Below are positions 1-9,136 of a DNA stretch of 64,000 nt, in pieces. Source of the DNA: an uncultured Rikenellaceae bacterium (lineage in GTDB: Bacteria; Bacteroidota; Bacteroidia; Bacteroidales; VadinHA17). Position numbers and translations under genes: made by a program. Positions within the stretch are counted from its first letter, which is position 1. Each line of letters starts with the position of its first letter. The stretch lies in contig CAZGKI010000010.1 in NCBI GenBank assembly GCA_964526345.1, positions 19,958 to 83,957 of the forward strand, read 5' to 3'. The notes below the pieces were generated by a model, which did not search any database, was not told where the DNA came from, and saw only the letters and a list, made by a program, of their open reading frames with translations.

Positions 1-530
1 TTAATGACCTTTTTGCATCAGACTATATTGTCAGTAGAAAACCAGGATCCCTGAGGTTGAAGCTTCATGGAGAAAACTATTTTACGGCCAACAGGGAAGC
101 TGTTATGCAAAGAATAAATTATGGAAGACTAATGCATGAAGTTTTCGAACAGATAGATACCTATGAAGACATACCAGATGCAGTGGAGCGTCTCGTTCTT
201 GAAGGAAAGATACCCGGCACTGATGCAGAATCTCTTATATCAAGATTACAGGTACTGCTCTCTGCTCCGGGTGTATATGAATGGTTCGGCCCGGGATATA
301 AAGTGCTGAAAGAAGCAGAGATACTATTGCCGTCAGGTATAAAAAGAAGACCTGATAGAATCATTATTAAAAATGGTAAAGCTGTAATTATTGATTTCAA
401 GTTCGGCGAAGAGAATCATCATTACACGGATCAGCTCAGGCAATACAAGGAGCTGCTGAGGGATATGGGTTACAGGGATACTGAAGCTTTTTTATGGTAT
501 GTCGACCTGAATAAAACAGTGAGTATCTGA
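1..530 (+). CDS. C-terminal PD-(D/E)XK nuclease domain of a UvrD/AddA-like helicase-nuclease (5' end outside window)
   Basis: Frame 3 is open from nt 3, so the ORF enters from upstream. The nuclease-like motif 'RPDRIIIKNGKAVIIDFKFGEE' lies near the C-terminus. An AddB-like gene lies nearby on the same strand. Confidence 0.6.
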   Translation, partial: NDLFASDYIVSRKPGSLRLKLHGENYFTANREAVMQRINYGRLMHEVFEQIDTYEDIPDAVERLVLEGKIPGTDAESLISRLQVLLSAPGVYEWFGPGYKVLKEAEILLPSGIKRRPDRIIIKNGKAVIIDFKFGEENHHYTDQLRQYKELLRDMGYRDTEAFLWYVDLNKTVSI

Positions 531-1510
531 TGCTTTCAAATCCGGCACATATGAAGAATTATCCGTGGGGGCATGAGCGTCGATTCAATGCCTATTCAAA
601 CTATTTCAAAAAGCATTTTGGCGCACGAGTACAGAAGGTCTCTATTGATGCAGGATTCACATGTCCCAACCGTGATGGGACAAAAGGAACGGAAGGCTGT
701 ACTTACTGCAATAATGATGCTTTTAATCCATCCTATTGTATTCCTGAAAAGCCCGTAGTGCAACAGATTGAAGAGGGAATTAAGTTCCATCAAAAGAGAT
801 ACAGAACAGCAACCTCATATCTTGCTTATTTCCAGGCATATTCAAACACTTATGCTCCTCTTGAAAAGATGAAACAGCTGTATGAAGAAGCTTTAGGCTA
901 TCCAGGCATTAGCGGACTCATAATTGGTACCAGGCCTGATTGCGTTGATGTTGAAAAACTGGATTATATTAAAGAATTGTCGGAAAAGTGCTATATAGCT
1001 GTTGAGTATGGAATTGAATCATGCTATAATAAGACGTTACGCCGGGTTAACAGGGGACACACAGTCGAGGAGGCATGGAATGCACTGAATGCCACATCTT
1101 CAATGGGTATTAATACTGGCGCCCACTTCATTTTCGGTCTACCTGGCGAAAGTGTTAAAGAGATGCTGGCAGAGGCTGAAATAATTTCCCGCATGCCTTT
1201 AACGACTGTCAAATTCCATCAGCTTCAGATAATAAAGGGTACAAGGATGGAAGATGAATTCAGAAGAAGACCGGGCGACTTTCATGTTTTCTCATGGGAA
1301 GAGTACCTCGGTTTCTTTATTAATTTTCTTGAAAGGCTTAATCCTGCGATTGTTGTAGAACGTTTTACAGGGGAGGCACCACCGCGCTTACTTGTTGCTG
1401 CCAACTGGGGTAAGAAAAGAACCGACCAGATAGTCACCCTGGTTGAAAAAAGTCTTGAAGAACTTGATACCTGGCAGGGAAGACTTTATATTAAACACGG
1501 GAGTGTCTGA
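530..1510 (+). CDS. TIGR01212/YhcC-family radical SAM protein
   Basis: Cys cluster 'CPNRDGTKGTEGCTYCNN', plus 'YLAYFQAYSNTY', 'GTRPDCV' and 'RVNRGH', which closely resemble E. coli YhcC. The start overlaps the upstream stop (TGATG, nt 528-532). Confidence 0.8.
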   Translation: MLSNPAHMKNYPWGHERRFNAYSNYFKKHFGARVQKVSIDAGFTCPNRDGTKGTEGCTYCNNDAFNPSYCIPEKPVVQQIEEGIKFHQKRYRTATSYLAYFQAYSNTYAPLEKMKQLYEEALGYPGISGLIIGTRPDCVDVEKLDYIKELSEKCYIAVEYGIESCYNKTLRRVNRGHTVEEAWNALNATSSMGINTGAHFIFGLPGESVKEMLAEAEIISRMPLTTVKFHQLQIIKGTRMEDEFRRRPGDFHVFSWEEYLGFFINFLERLNPAIVVERFTGEAPPRLLVAANWGKKRTDQIVTLVEKSLEELDTWQGRLYIKHGSV

Positions 1511-1531
1511 AAGGTTAATATTAAAAATATA

Positions 1532-4429
1532 ATGGAATACTTTCTGGAGAGAATCGCAAAAAGCCTCTACAGTGAATTTGGTAACAAACTGAATTCACAA
1601 TGTCTTGTCTTTCCAAACAGGAGGGCAGGTCTCTTCTTTCTGAAATACCTTGCAGCAGAATTGAAACAGCCTGTATGGACACCTGCAATAATGTCAATAA
1701 GCGATCTGTTTCGTAAATTTTCAAAGCTGCATCCTGCAGAAAATGAGATACTTCTTTATGAGCTTTATAAGGTATACCGGAATATAGGCAAGACGCCGGA
1801 GCCTTTCGATGAATTTTATTTCTGGGGCGATATGTTGCTTAATGACTTTGATGATGCTGACAAATACCTTACAGATGCTGCTCAGCTGTTCAGCAACGTG
1901 CAGGACCTTAAGAAAATAGACCAGCAATTTGGTGGTATTAGTCCGGAACAGGCTGAAATAATTAAACGGTTCTGGACAAATTTCAACCCTGAGAAACTTA
2001 CTGATGAAAAATTAAAATTTATAAGCCTTTGGTCAATTTTGACAGATCTCTATTATGAATTCAGAAGCGTTCTGAAGGAAAAAAATATCGCATATGAGGG
2101 TATGATCTTCAGGGAAGTAACTGAGAATAAAGGCTGGGAGAAGATATCGGATTCTGGTTGGAGCATGGTTCATTTCATTGGTTTCAATGCCCTGAATGAA
2201 TGTGAAAAAGCAATGATGTCAGGGTTAAAGAATGAAGGATCAGCCAGGTTTTACTGGGATTACGATAATTCATACATCACTGAAGAAAAGCTAAATTCTG
2301 CAGGATTTTTCCTGAGGGACAATATAAGGCTGTTTGGGAATGATATGCCTTCTGACTGGAGCTATGACACATACCTGTCAAAAAATTCTGAATACGCAAA
2401 GCGAAGAGTGATTGATACCTCATCAGATATTGCCCAGGCAAAACTTATACCATATTTAATAAGGGAGCTTCCATCATTTGACCCGGATAATGCACACCAT
2501 ACAGCAATAGTCCTTGCTGATGAGAACCTGCTTATTCCGGTTCTGACCAGCCTGCCCGAGGAGATCCCGGATGTTAATATAACGATGGGTTATCCGCTTG
2601 GTCAGACATATGTATATTCTCTCATCAGATATCTTCTTGATCTGCAGCAAAACCTCCGGGAAAAAGACGGAAAAATACTCTTCAGTCATAAAGATGTTTT
2701 GCGTGTGCTGAAGATCAACCTGATAGCAGGTATAACAGGTGAGACTGACAGAGAGATCATTAAAGAAATTGTAAAAGGGAACCTTTTATGGATCCCTTCT
2801 GAACGATTTGAAGGTTCTCCTGTTTTATCAAAAATATTTTCAAGACCAGCAGCTCCTGAATTAATCCCTGAATATCTGAAAGCTGTACTTTTACTAATAG
2901 TATCTGGTAGTGCAGGCTCTGACATTCAGAATTTTACAGATATTATGCCAGAGACGATCAGGAATGAATTTATTTACAGGGCAATACTTTCTGTTAACCG
3001 GCTGGAATCAATATTTTCTAATTCCGGAGTGATCCTGTCACTTAAAACCTGGAGTAAATTGCTCGACAGGTTATTAAAAAGAGAGTCGGTTCCATTTTCC
3101 GGAGAACCTCTTTCGGGTATTCAGATAATGGGGATACTGGAATCGAGAGTCCTTGATTTTAAAAACCTGATTATTCTGTCGGTGAATGAAGGTATTTTAC
3201 CTTCATTTACTACTTCTTCTTCCTTTATACCTTTCGCATTGCGTGAAGCATTCAGGCTTCCATCTGTAAATCACCAGGAATCAGTTTATGCCTACCATTT
3301 TTACAGGTTACTGCACCGGGCAGAAAATGTGACATTCATTTATAACTCTAATCCTGAGGGGTTGAGAAGCGGTGAGATAAGCAGGTTTCTTCAGCAGATG
3401 AAATATGAGCCCGGGCAAAAACCCGAATTTATGAACCTGAGTTTTGAAATCAGAAATCCGGGATTTGTACGACCAGTTGTGGAGAGAACTAATGAGCATA
3501 ATACCAGGCTTTTATCAAGATTCTCAACTGACAACAGAAGAGGGAGATTATCACCCATGGCAATTAATACCTGGCTTAATTGCAGGATGAAGTTCTATTA
3601 CAGGTATGTTAATGATCTTAAAGAGCCTGAAGTAATCGCTGAGGAAATTGATCCTGCCATGCTCGGCATTATGCTTCATGAGGCAATACGGAGTCTTTAC
3701 AGCAGGTATTCTGGTATAATAATGGAAGGTACCGCTATTGATGGACTATTGAATGATGAGCGTTTGCTTTATAAATTGATAACAAATGTTATTAATGAAA
3801 AATTCAAAAGAGGCAATGATTCATATTTTGTTGCCAATGAACAGATTGTAACTAATGTATTAAAGGTTTACATTAATCGCATCCTTGAAATTGATAAAAA
3901 ACTGACACCTTTTATAATCATGGCGGTGGAGAAGCCGGTAAGCTTCAGAATAGAGTACGAAGTAAATGGCACATCAGATAACATTGTTATTGGGGGAACA
4001 ATAGATCGAGTGGATATTAAGGATGGAGTGACAAGGATTGTTGATTACAAAACAGGCGTTACTGTTGATTCCATTGGTTCTGTCGGTGAACTTTTCAGGG
4101 ACGACCGGAAGAAAGATGCTGACGGATGGCTTCAAACCATGTTATATTGCGAAGGTTATCTGAGGGAGAAGCCGGAAACCGTTGTAATGCCTGTGGTATA
4201 TAAAATAAAAAAAACTCCCGGAGATCAAATGACCGGGCTTCTTAAAATCGGGGCTTCAAGGAAAGAGACAATGGTGCTGAATGATTTTCGTATGGTAAGG
4301 GATGAATTCATGGATGGACTTAAAAATATTATTGGCAAAATTTTCAGCGAAACGGAACCTTTTATCATGACAAATGATGCCTGGAACAAATGTTCTGTTT
4401 GCCCCTACAGGATTTTATGTATGCGATAA
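1532..4429 (+). CDS. AddB-like PD-(D/E)XK nuclease family protein (helicase-nuclease subunit)
   Basis: 965 aa. Nuclease motif 'IDRVDIKDGVTRIVDYKTG'. C-terminal 'CSVCPYRILC' (Cx2Cx5C) plus an upstream Cys ('WLNCRMKF') matches the AddB iron-staple pattern. Confidence 0.7.
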   Translation: MEYFLERIAKSLYSEFGNKLNSQCLVFPNRRAGLFFLKYLAAELKQPVWTPAIMSISDLFRKFSKLHPAENEILLYELYKVYRNIGKTPEPFDEFYFWGDMLLNDFDDADKYLTDAAQLFSNVQDLKKIDQQFGGISPEQAEIIKRFWTNFNPEKLTDEKLKFISLWSILTDLYYEFRSVLKEKNIAYEGMIFREVTENKGWEKISDSGWSMVHFIGFNALNECEKAMMSGLKNEGSARFYWDYDNSYITEEKLNSAGFFLRDNIRLFGNDMPSDWSYDTYLSKNSEYAKRRVIDTSSDIAQAKLIPYLIRELPSFDPDNAHHTAIVLADENLLIPVLTSLPEEIPDVNITMGYPLGQTYVYSLIRYLLDLQQNLREKDGKILFSHKDVLRVLKINLIAGITGETDREIIKEIVKGNLLWIPSERFEGSPVLSKIFSRPAAPELIPEYLKAVLLLIVSGSAGSDIQNFTDIMPETIRNEFIYRAILSVNRLESIFSNSGVILSLKTWSKLLDRLLKRESVPFSGEPLSGIQIMGILESRVLDFKNLIILSVNEGILPSFTTSSSFIPFALREAFRLPSVNHQESVYAYHFYRLLHRAENVTFIYNSNPEGLRSGEISRFLQQMKYEPGQKPEFMNLSFEIRNPGFVRPVVERTNEHNTRLLSRFSTDNRRGRLSPMAINTWLNCRMKFYYRYVNDLKEPEVIAEEIDPAMLGIMLHEAIRSLYSRYSGIIMEGTAIDGLLNDERLLYKLITNVINEKFKRGNDSYFVANEQIVTNVLKVYINRILEIDKKLTPFIIMAVEKPVSFRIEYEVNGTSDNIVIGGTIDRVDIKDGVTRIVDYKTGVTVDSIGSVGELFRDDRKKDADGWLQTMLYCEGYLREKPETVVMPVVYKIKKTPGDQMTGLLKIGASRKETMVLNDFRMVRDEFMDGLKNIIGKIFSETEPFIMTNDAWNKCSVCPYRILCMR

Positions 4430-4486
4430 AGATGATACCCTCTGATAAAAATTTATTAATTTGGTAATCTTTTTAATAGCAATCAG

Positions 4487-6229
4487 ATGACAACAGGTTA
4501 CACCAATTACAAGGTAGAGATCAAAAAAGATAAATTCATTGCTGATGATGGCAGAACATGCCCTAAGACAGCAATAATCACATTCTTTGATAATGAAAAC
4601 AGGGAGATCGATTCCGAATTGTTCGGAGCTGTTGAAGTAAGTACGATCTATGATCTTATTATGAACGGGAAAGATTTAAATCTCGACAATTTCTATATTT
4701 CCGATTTTTCATTATCTGCATACAGGAGACTCAATAATATTGAAAAAAAAGAACTTGTCCCGATAAAAAATTTCACGGCAAAAGATGCTTTTTTTGAATC
4801 AAAATTGTGCAACGACTTTTCCCATGCTTTTTTTTCAGATGGAGAAGTAAATTTTGATGGCTCTCATTTTGCGAAGGGAAGGGTCGTCTTCACCGGCTCA
4901 CGCTTCGGTACCAGCAATGTAAATTTTTCAAACACATTTTTCAGGGATGGGAATATTGAATTTACAGGCTCCACATTTGGTGATGGTGATTTCCTTTTTA
5001 AGAATGCTGTCGTTAAGAACGGAATAAAAGACTTCCAGGATATGCAGTTTGGAAACGGCGAAGTAAATTTTGCCAATACCGAGTTCAACGGCGGGGAATT
5101 GTTGTTTATTAATACAAGGTTTAACAGCGGAAGGTTTAATTTCAAGATCACGAGAATATCAGATGGGAAGGTGGATTTTCATTACTCTGTTTTTGGCGAT
5201 TGCGAGATAACCTTCGAAAGAACTGAATTTGGGAACAGCAGGGTTGATTTCAGAACAGTCGATTTCGGATCGGGCAGGATTAATTTCAACCGTTCAGTCT
5301 TCGGTAATGGTGAAGTTAATTTTGAAGGAGCGTCCTGCACAGCAGGAAAGATCCAGTTCAAAAAAGCTGAAATGGGGGTCGGGCCTAAGAATTTCAATCT
5401 CATGGAGATGAAAGATACTGAGATAAGCTTCGAGAGAACAAATTTCGGAGACGGCGATGTATCGTTTTATGAATCAAAATTTCTCACACTCTCCCTCAAG
5501 TCGTGCCATCTCGACCATTATATAGATCTTCGTCTGGCTAAAGCTCAGTTGCTGGATGTCTCCGATACTATAGTCCGCGATATAGTTGACATTGAGCCTT
5601 ATGATTTCCCTGTCGAGATAGAGGTGCTTGATCTTTCAGGAATGCGTTTGATCGGTAAGATGTACATCGACTGGAAACATAACAAATGTAAAGAGGTTAT
5701 AATAAGACAGGAGATGACAACTTTAAGACAGAAAGCTGAACAGTTCAGAATATTGAAGGAAAATTTCAATAATACCGGAAAATATGCTGATGAAGACGAA
5801 GCTTATGTAATGTTTAAGAGATATGAATCCAAATCATGGCTTACAGAACAGAAAGAGAAGGGAGGACTTACCAGGGTTTTGAGTTATATTCCTCATGGTT
5901 TTAAATGGCTTGTTTTTGATGCTATGGGACTCTATGCGACAAATCCGGCCAGAGTGCTTATCTCCATGGCCGGATGGTATGTCACTTTCAGTATTATCTA
6001 TGTCCTTATGATCAGTTTTACTGACGCTGATATAATATCTTCAACATCTGACAGTCTCGGAGTTGTTGCCCGTTCCTTTTATCACAGTGCTATTACTTTT
6101 TTTACAATAGGTTACGGTGACCATTACCCTTTCAAGGCAGCAAGAGTTGTGTCGAGTATTGAGGGGTTTATCGGAGTCTTCCTGATGTCATATTTTACTG
6201 TGGCATTCGTCAGGAAAGTGCTGAGATGA
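4487..6229 (+). CDS. 2-TM potassium channel with a large N-terminal repeat (beta-solenoid-like) domain
   Basis: K+ selectivity filter 'TIGYGD' (nt 6104-6121) is flanked by two hydrophobic helices ('VLISMAGWYVTFSIIYVLMISF', 'VVSSIEGFIGVFLMSYFTVAFV'). The N-terminal part holds 18 tandem 12-aa repeats. Confidence 0.75.
   Translation: MTTGYTNYKVEIKKDKFIADDGRTCPKTAIITFFDNENREIDSELFGAVEVSTIYDLIMNGKDLNLDNFYISDFSLSAYRRLNNIEKKELVPIKNFTAKDAFFESKLCNDFSHAFFSDGEVNFDGSHFAKGRVVFTGSRFGTSNVNFSNTFFRDGNIEFTGSTFGDGDFLFKNAVVKNGIKDFQDMQFGNGEVNFANTEFNGGELLFINTRFNSGRFNFKITRISDGKVDFHYSVFGDCEITFERTEFGNSRVDFRTVDFGSGRINFNRSVFGNGEVNFEGASCTAGKIQFKKAEMGVGPKNFNLMEMKDTEISFERTNFGDGDVSFYESKFLTLSLKSCHLDHYIDLRLAKAQLLDVSDTIVRDIVDIEPYDFPVEIEVLDLSGMRLIGKMYIDWKHNKCKEVIIRQEMTTLRQKAEQFRILKENFNNTGKYADEDEAYVMFKRYESKSWLTEQKEKGGLTRVLSYIPHGFKWLVFDAMGLYATNPARVLISMAGWYVTFSIIYVLMISFTDADIISSTSDSLGVVARSFYHSAITFFTIGYGDHYPFKAARVVSSIEGFIGVFLMSYFTVAFVRKVLR
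4829..5476 (+). repeat. 18 in-register tandem 36-nt (12-codon) coding repeats, consensus x-F-G-x-G-x-V-x-F-x-x-[ST]
   Basis: Counted directly from FFSDGEVNFDGS, HFAKGRVVFTGS, RFGTSNVNFSNT through NFGDGDVSFYES, with no indels between units. The DNA motif 'gg(c/a/t)gaagt(a/t)aatttt' recurs. Confidence 0.85.
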
Positions 6230-6231
6230 TA

Positions 6232-6720
6232 TTATTTTTCCAATGAACGCTGCAGAGCTGCCATTTTTATTGCTGTAACTGCTGCCTCGTCACCTTTATT
6301 GCCAAGTTTACCTCCGGCTCTATCTTTAGCCTGCTGGTAGTTTTCAGTAGTAAGAACACTGAAAATAAAAGGAATATTATAATCAAGATTAAGCTGAGTT
6401 ATTCCATATGTAACACCCTGGCAGATATAAGTGAAATGAGGTGTCTCTCCCTGGATGACGCATCCCAGGCATATCACAGCATCAAGATCATCATATTCAG
6501 CAAGGAACTGAGCTCCCAGAGTGAGCTCAAAGGTACCGGGAACATTCTTTATGACAATATTTTCCTGCCTGGCGCCATGCTTTTTAAGTGTATTGACTGA
6601 TCCATCAAGAAGCGCCCTTGTTATATCCCGGTTCCAGTCTGAAACAACTATTCCAAACCTCATCTCACTGGCATCCGGGACTTTCTCAGAGTTATAATCT
6701 GATAAATTGGTTGTGGCCAT
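6232..6720 (-). CDS. ribH: 6,7-dimethyl-8-ribityllumazine synthase
   Basis: 162 aa with 'FGIVVSDWN', 'VPGTFELT' and '[15 protein letters not shown]', typical of RibH. Confidence 0.9.
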   Translation of the reverse strand: MATTNLSDYNSEKVPDASEMRFGIVVSDWNRDITRALLDGSVNTLKKHGARQENIVIKNVPGTFELTLGAQFLAEYDDLDAVICLGCVIQGETPHFTYICQGVTYGITQLNLDYNIPFIFSVLTTENYQQAKDRAGGKLGNKGDEAAVTAIKMAALQRSLEK

Positions 6721-6800
6721 TGCTGATCGCGAAAATTAAACTTACCCGTATTTTTATTTGGCCGGAGGCGACTTATATTCAGTAGTTTACCTGAAATCAA

Positions 6801-7487
6801 TTATTGCATAAGCAGTTTTGCCCTTGCAATATATTTTTCAATGGCGAGACCCTCGGTACTCTCAGGGTACTCTTCCTGTATCCTCTGATAGAGCTTAAGT
6901 GCTTCAGCATAATTATTTTCTAATTCATATAACTCACCTGCCTTCATAAGGAAGAGAGGCGTGTTAAATGAATTAGATCCGAAATTTGCTGCTTCAATAT
7001 ATTTTGCGATACCTTTTTCTGTGTCACCAAGTTCCACATAGGCGTCTCCTTCTGCCCCAATGGCTAAAGACCCAATAACCTTATCTTTTTTCTTGTATGT
7101 TTTAAGCATGTCAATTGCATCTTCGTACTGACCAGCATGAAGATAACAGATTCCGGAACTGTACCTGGCAAGGTTACCGGCATTGGTGAACTTGTAATCC
7201 TGTGCAATATCAAGAAACCCAAGATAGTTACCATCGCCATTAAGAGCCAGATTAATAGAATCCATCTCAAGATATCTTTCAGCCTGGTACATCTGTGACT
7301 GAGCCTCATCATTTCGCCTGGACATGTACATCTTTCCAAGCCAGAACAATCCCACCAGTATAACAATGACTGCCAGCACATAAAGCAAACCTTTATAATT
7401 CTGTTCCAGGAATTGCTCTGTTTTTGTTAATGTCTCCTCAACATTCTTAAGACTCTGCGGATTACCTTCTTTTGACTTTTTTGCCAT
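6801..7487 (-). CDS. Membrane-anchored tetratricopeptide-repeat protein (YfgM-like)
   Basis: One N-terminal TM segment ('LLYVLAVIVILVGLFWLG') followed by TPR-like helices. It lies directly upstream of ribH on the same strand. Confidence 0.65.
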   Translation of the reverse strand: MAKKSKEGNPQSLKNVEETLTKTEQFLEQNYKGLLYVLAVIVILVGLFWLGKMYMSRRNDEAQSQMYQAERYLEMDSINLALNGDGNYLGFLDIAQDYKFTNAGNLARYSSGICYLHAGQYEDAIDMLKTYKKKDKVIGSLAIGAEGDAYVELGDTEKGIAKYIEAANFGSNSFNTPLFLMKAGELYELENNYAEALKLYQRIQEEYPESTEGLAIEKYIARAKLLMQ

Positions 7488-7524
7488 ATCAGTGTTTAAT
7501 ATTAACTTCGAATTTTTTCCACCG

Positions 7525-7532
7525 CAAAAGTA
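7525..7532 (-). promoter_or_regulatory. Bacteroidota-type -7 promoter box (TACTTTTG on minus strand)
   Basis: Plus-strand 'caaaagta' is TAnnTTTG on the minus strand, about 38 nt upstream of the ATG at 7487. Confidence 0.45.
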
Positions 7533-7650
7533 ATTTTTTTCAATTTATTTTAAAACAATTATTTAAAAATTAGGGAAAATAAGGTTCTGGTATCCATAAA
7601 ATTGATTTTCAAGGAAATAAAATTGACTGTAAAAAGAACCTTTGTTTTCG

Positions 7651-7658
7651 TATTTTTG
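7651..7658 (+). promoter_or_regulatory. Bacteroidota-type -7 promoter box (TATTTTTG)
   Basis: Exact TAnnTTTG match 20 nt upstream of the recF ATG at 7678. It lies inside the longer ORF-track start (7642), which argues for the shorter gene. Confidence 0.5.
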
Positions 7659-7677
7659 TATTGTAACACCCTTAATC

Positions 7678-8796
7678 ATGTACCTGAAAAGAATAACACT
7701 CACCAATTTTAAAAATTACGATCAGACTGAACTCGAATTATCGCCAAAAATAAATTGTTTCGTAGGGAATAACGGTGTTGGAAAAACAAATATTCTGGAT
7801 GCTATACACTACCTGTCACTGACGAAAAGTTTTTTTAATAATATAGACAGTATCAGCATAAAGCATGGGGAAGATTTTTTTATCATAAACGGGACTTTTA
7901 TCAGAAACGGAGAGGAAGATCAGATCTATTGCGCTTTTCAAAAGCAGAAACAAAAGATCCTTAAAAAAAACGGCAAAGAATACCAGAGATTATCTGATCA
8001 CATCGGAAAGTACCCTGTGGTAATGATCTCGCCTGCCGACAATGCTTTGATTTCAGAAGGCAGCGAAGAAAGAAGAAGATTCCTTAACAAGATAATAAGC
8101 CAGTACAATGCAGAATATCTCGATTCTGTCTTAAAATATAGTAAAGCGCTTCAGCAGAGGAACAAGCTTTTAAAAGACTTTAAACAGAACGGACGATTCG
8201 AGAATGATGCTCTTACGATCTGGGATTCACAACTTGTAAAATACGGAACATATGTATTTAATGAAAGGAATATTCTTGTCGATGAACTCATTCCCGTATT
8301 TCAGGAGAATTATTCAATGATATCATCCGGAAAGGAGAGAGTCCGGTTGTCGTATAAGTCGCATCTTGCAGAAGGCAGTTTTGGTGAGGCACTGATAAAT
8401 TCCGTTACAAAAGACAGGATCCTGGAGTACACAACTGTCGGCATACACAAGGACGATCTGATCCTGGAGATGGATGAGTATCCTGTAAAATCGCTTGGTT
8501 CTCAGGGGCAGCAGAAATCATATCTTGTGGCGCTTAAGCTGGCAAAATTCGATTATATAAAAAGGAAAGCAGGTAAGGTACCTGTACTGCTCCTCGATGA
8601 TATATTTGATAAATTTGATGCTGAAAGGGTGGAACAGATTATCAGACTTGTAGGCAATCAGAGGTTCGGTCAGATATTCATTACAGATACTCATCAAAGC
8701 CGTCTTCATGATATACTGACATCTCATAAGACGGACTATAAGCTGTTCAGGATCAGTAATAATGCAGTTGAGGAGATAGCAAAAAACGGTAAGTAA
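7678..8796 (+). CDS. recF: DNA replication and repair protein RecF
   Basis: 'MYLKRITLTNFKNY' N-terminus, Walker A 'GNNGVGKTNILDAI', signature 'LGSQGQQKS', Walker B 'VLLLDDI'. Confidence 0.9.
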   Translation: MYLKRITLTNFKNYDQTELELSPKINCFVGNNGVGKTNILDAIHYLSLTKSFFNNIDSISIKHGEDFFIINGTFIRNGEEDQIYCAFQKQKQKILKKNGKEYQRLSDHIGKYPVVMISPADNALISEGSEERRRFLNKIISQYNAEYLDSVLKYSKALQQRNKLLKDFKQNGRFENDALTIWDSQLVKYGTYVFNERNILVDELIPVFQENYSMISSGKERVRLSYKSHLAEGSFGEALINSVTKDRILEYTTVGIHKDDLILEMDEYPVKSLGSQGQQKSYLVALKLAKFDYIKRKAGKVPVLLLDDIFDKFDAERVEQIIRLVGNQRFGQIFITDTHQSRLHDILTSHKTDYKLFRISNNAVEEIAKNGK

Positions 8797-8801
8797 TAAC
8801 T

Positions 8802-9092
8802 ATGAGGCGAAGCAAGACCATATCATTGGCTGAGGCCATGCAGGATTATATTAAGGAGATGAACCTTGAGGGGAAACTTAATGAGATAAGCCTTATAAAT
8901 TCCTGGGAAGAAACTGTCGGAAAAGCAATATCTTCACGCACATCACGGATATATATCAAAGACAGGGTGCTTTATGTCCATCTTAACTCTTCTGTAGTGA
9001 GGAATGAGCTGCTCATGCTGCGGCAGGTTCTTCTGGAAAAACTCAATGAAAAGGCAGGAAGCGAAGTTATTAAAGATATAGTCCTGAAATAA
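8802..9092 (+). CDS. DUF721-domain protein (recF-associated small protein)
   Basis: 96 aa immediately downstream of recF. 'WEETVGKAISSRT...LYVHLNSSVVRNELLM' is typical of this family. Confidence 0.65.
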   Translation: MRRSKTISLAEAMQDYIKEMNLEGKLNEISLINSWEETVGKAISSRTSRIYIKDRVLYVHLNSSVVRNELLMLRQVLLEKLNEKAGSEVIKDIVLK

Positions 9093-9136
9093 AAGGAGGG
9101 GGTGAATGGGAGATGGGAAGAACAAAACTAATTTAA

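Noticed and set aside
6721-6800. Possible FMN riboswitch upstream of ribH
   Set aside because: The gap to the upstream co-oriented TPR gene is only 80 nt, and I see no FMN-element-like conserved helices. ribH appears to be transcribed with the TPR gene.
7642-7677. N-terminal extensions offered by the ORF track (recF 7642, dnaX 27942, rpsF 27806, ndk 11429, nuoI 63299, ffh 49864, nuoN-adjacent ORF 56908)
   Set aside because: Internal Met codons reproduce the canonical family N-termini. In several cases a TAnnTTTG promoter box or the upstream gene lies inside the extension.
7963-7970. A8/T7-T8 homopolymer tracts inside coding genes (recF 7875-7881 and 7963-7970, AddB-like ~4203-4210, channel gene ~4743-4750 and 4829-4836) as phase-variation switches
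   Set aside because: These are housekeeping or conserved genes in an AT-rich genome, where Lys and Phe codon runs are expected. Only the dnaX A10 run has the extra features of phase, position and dual off-frame stops that merit a finding.
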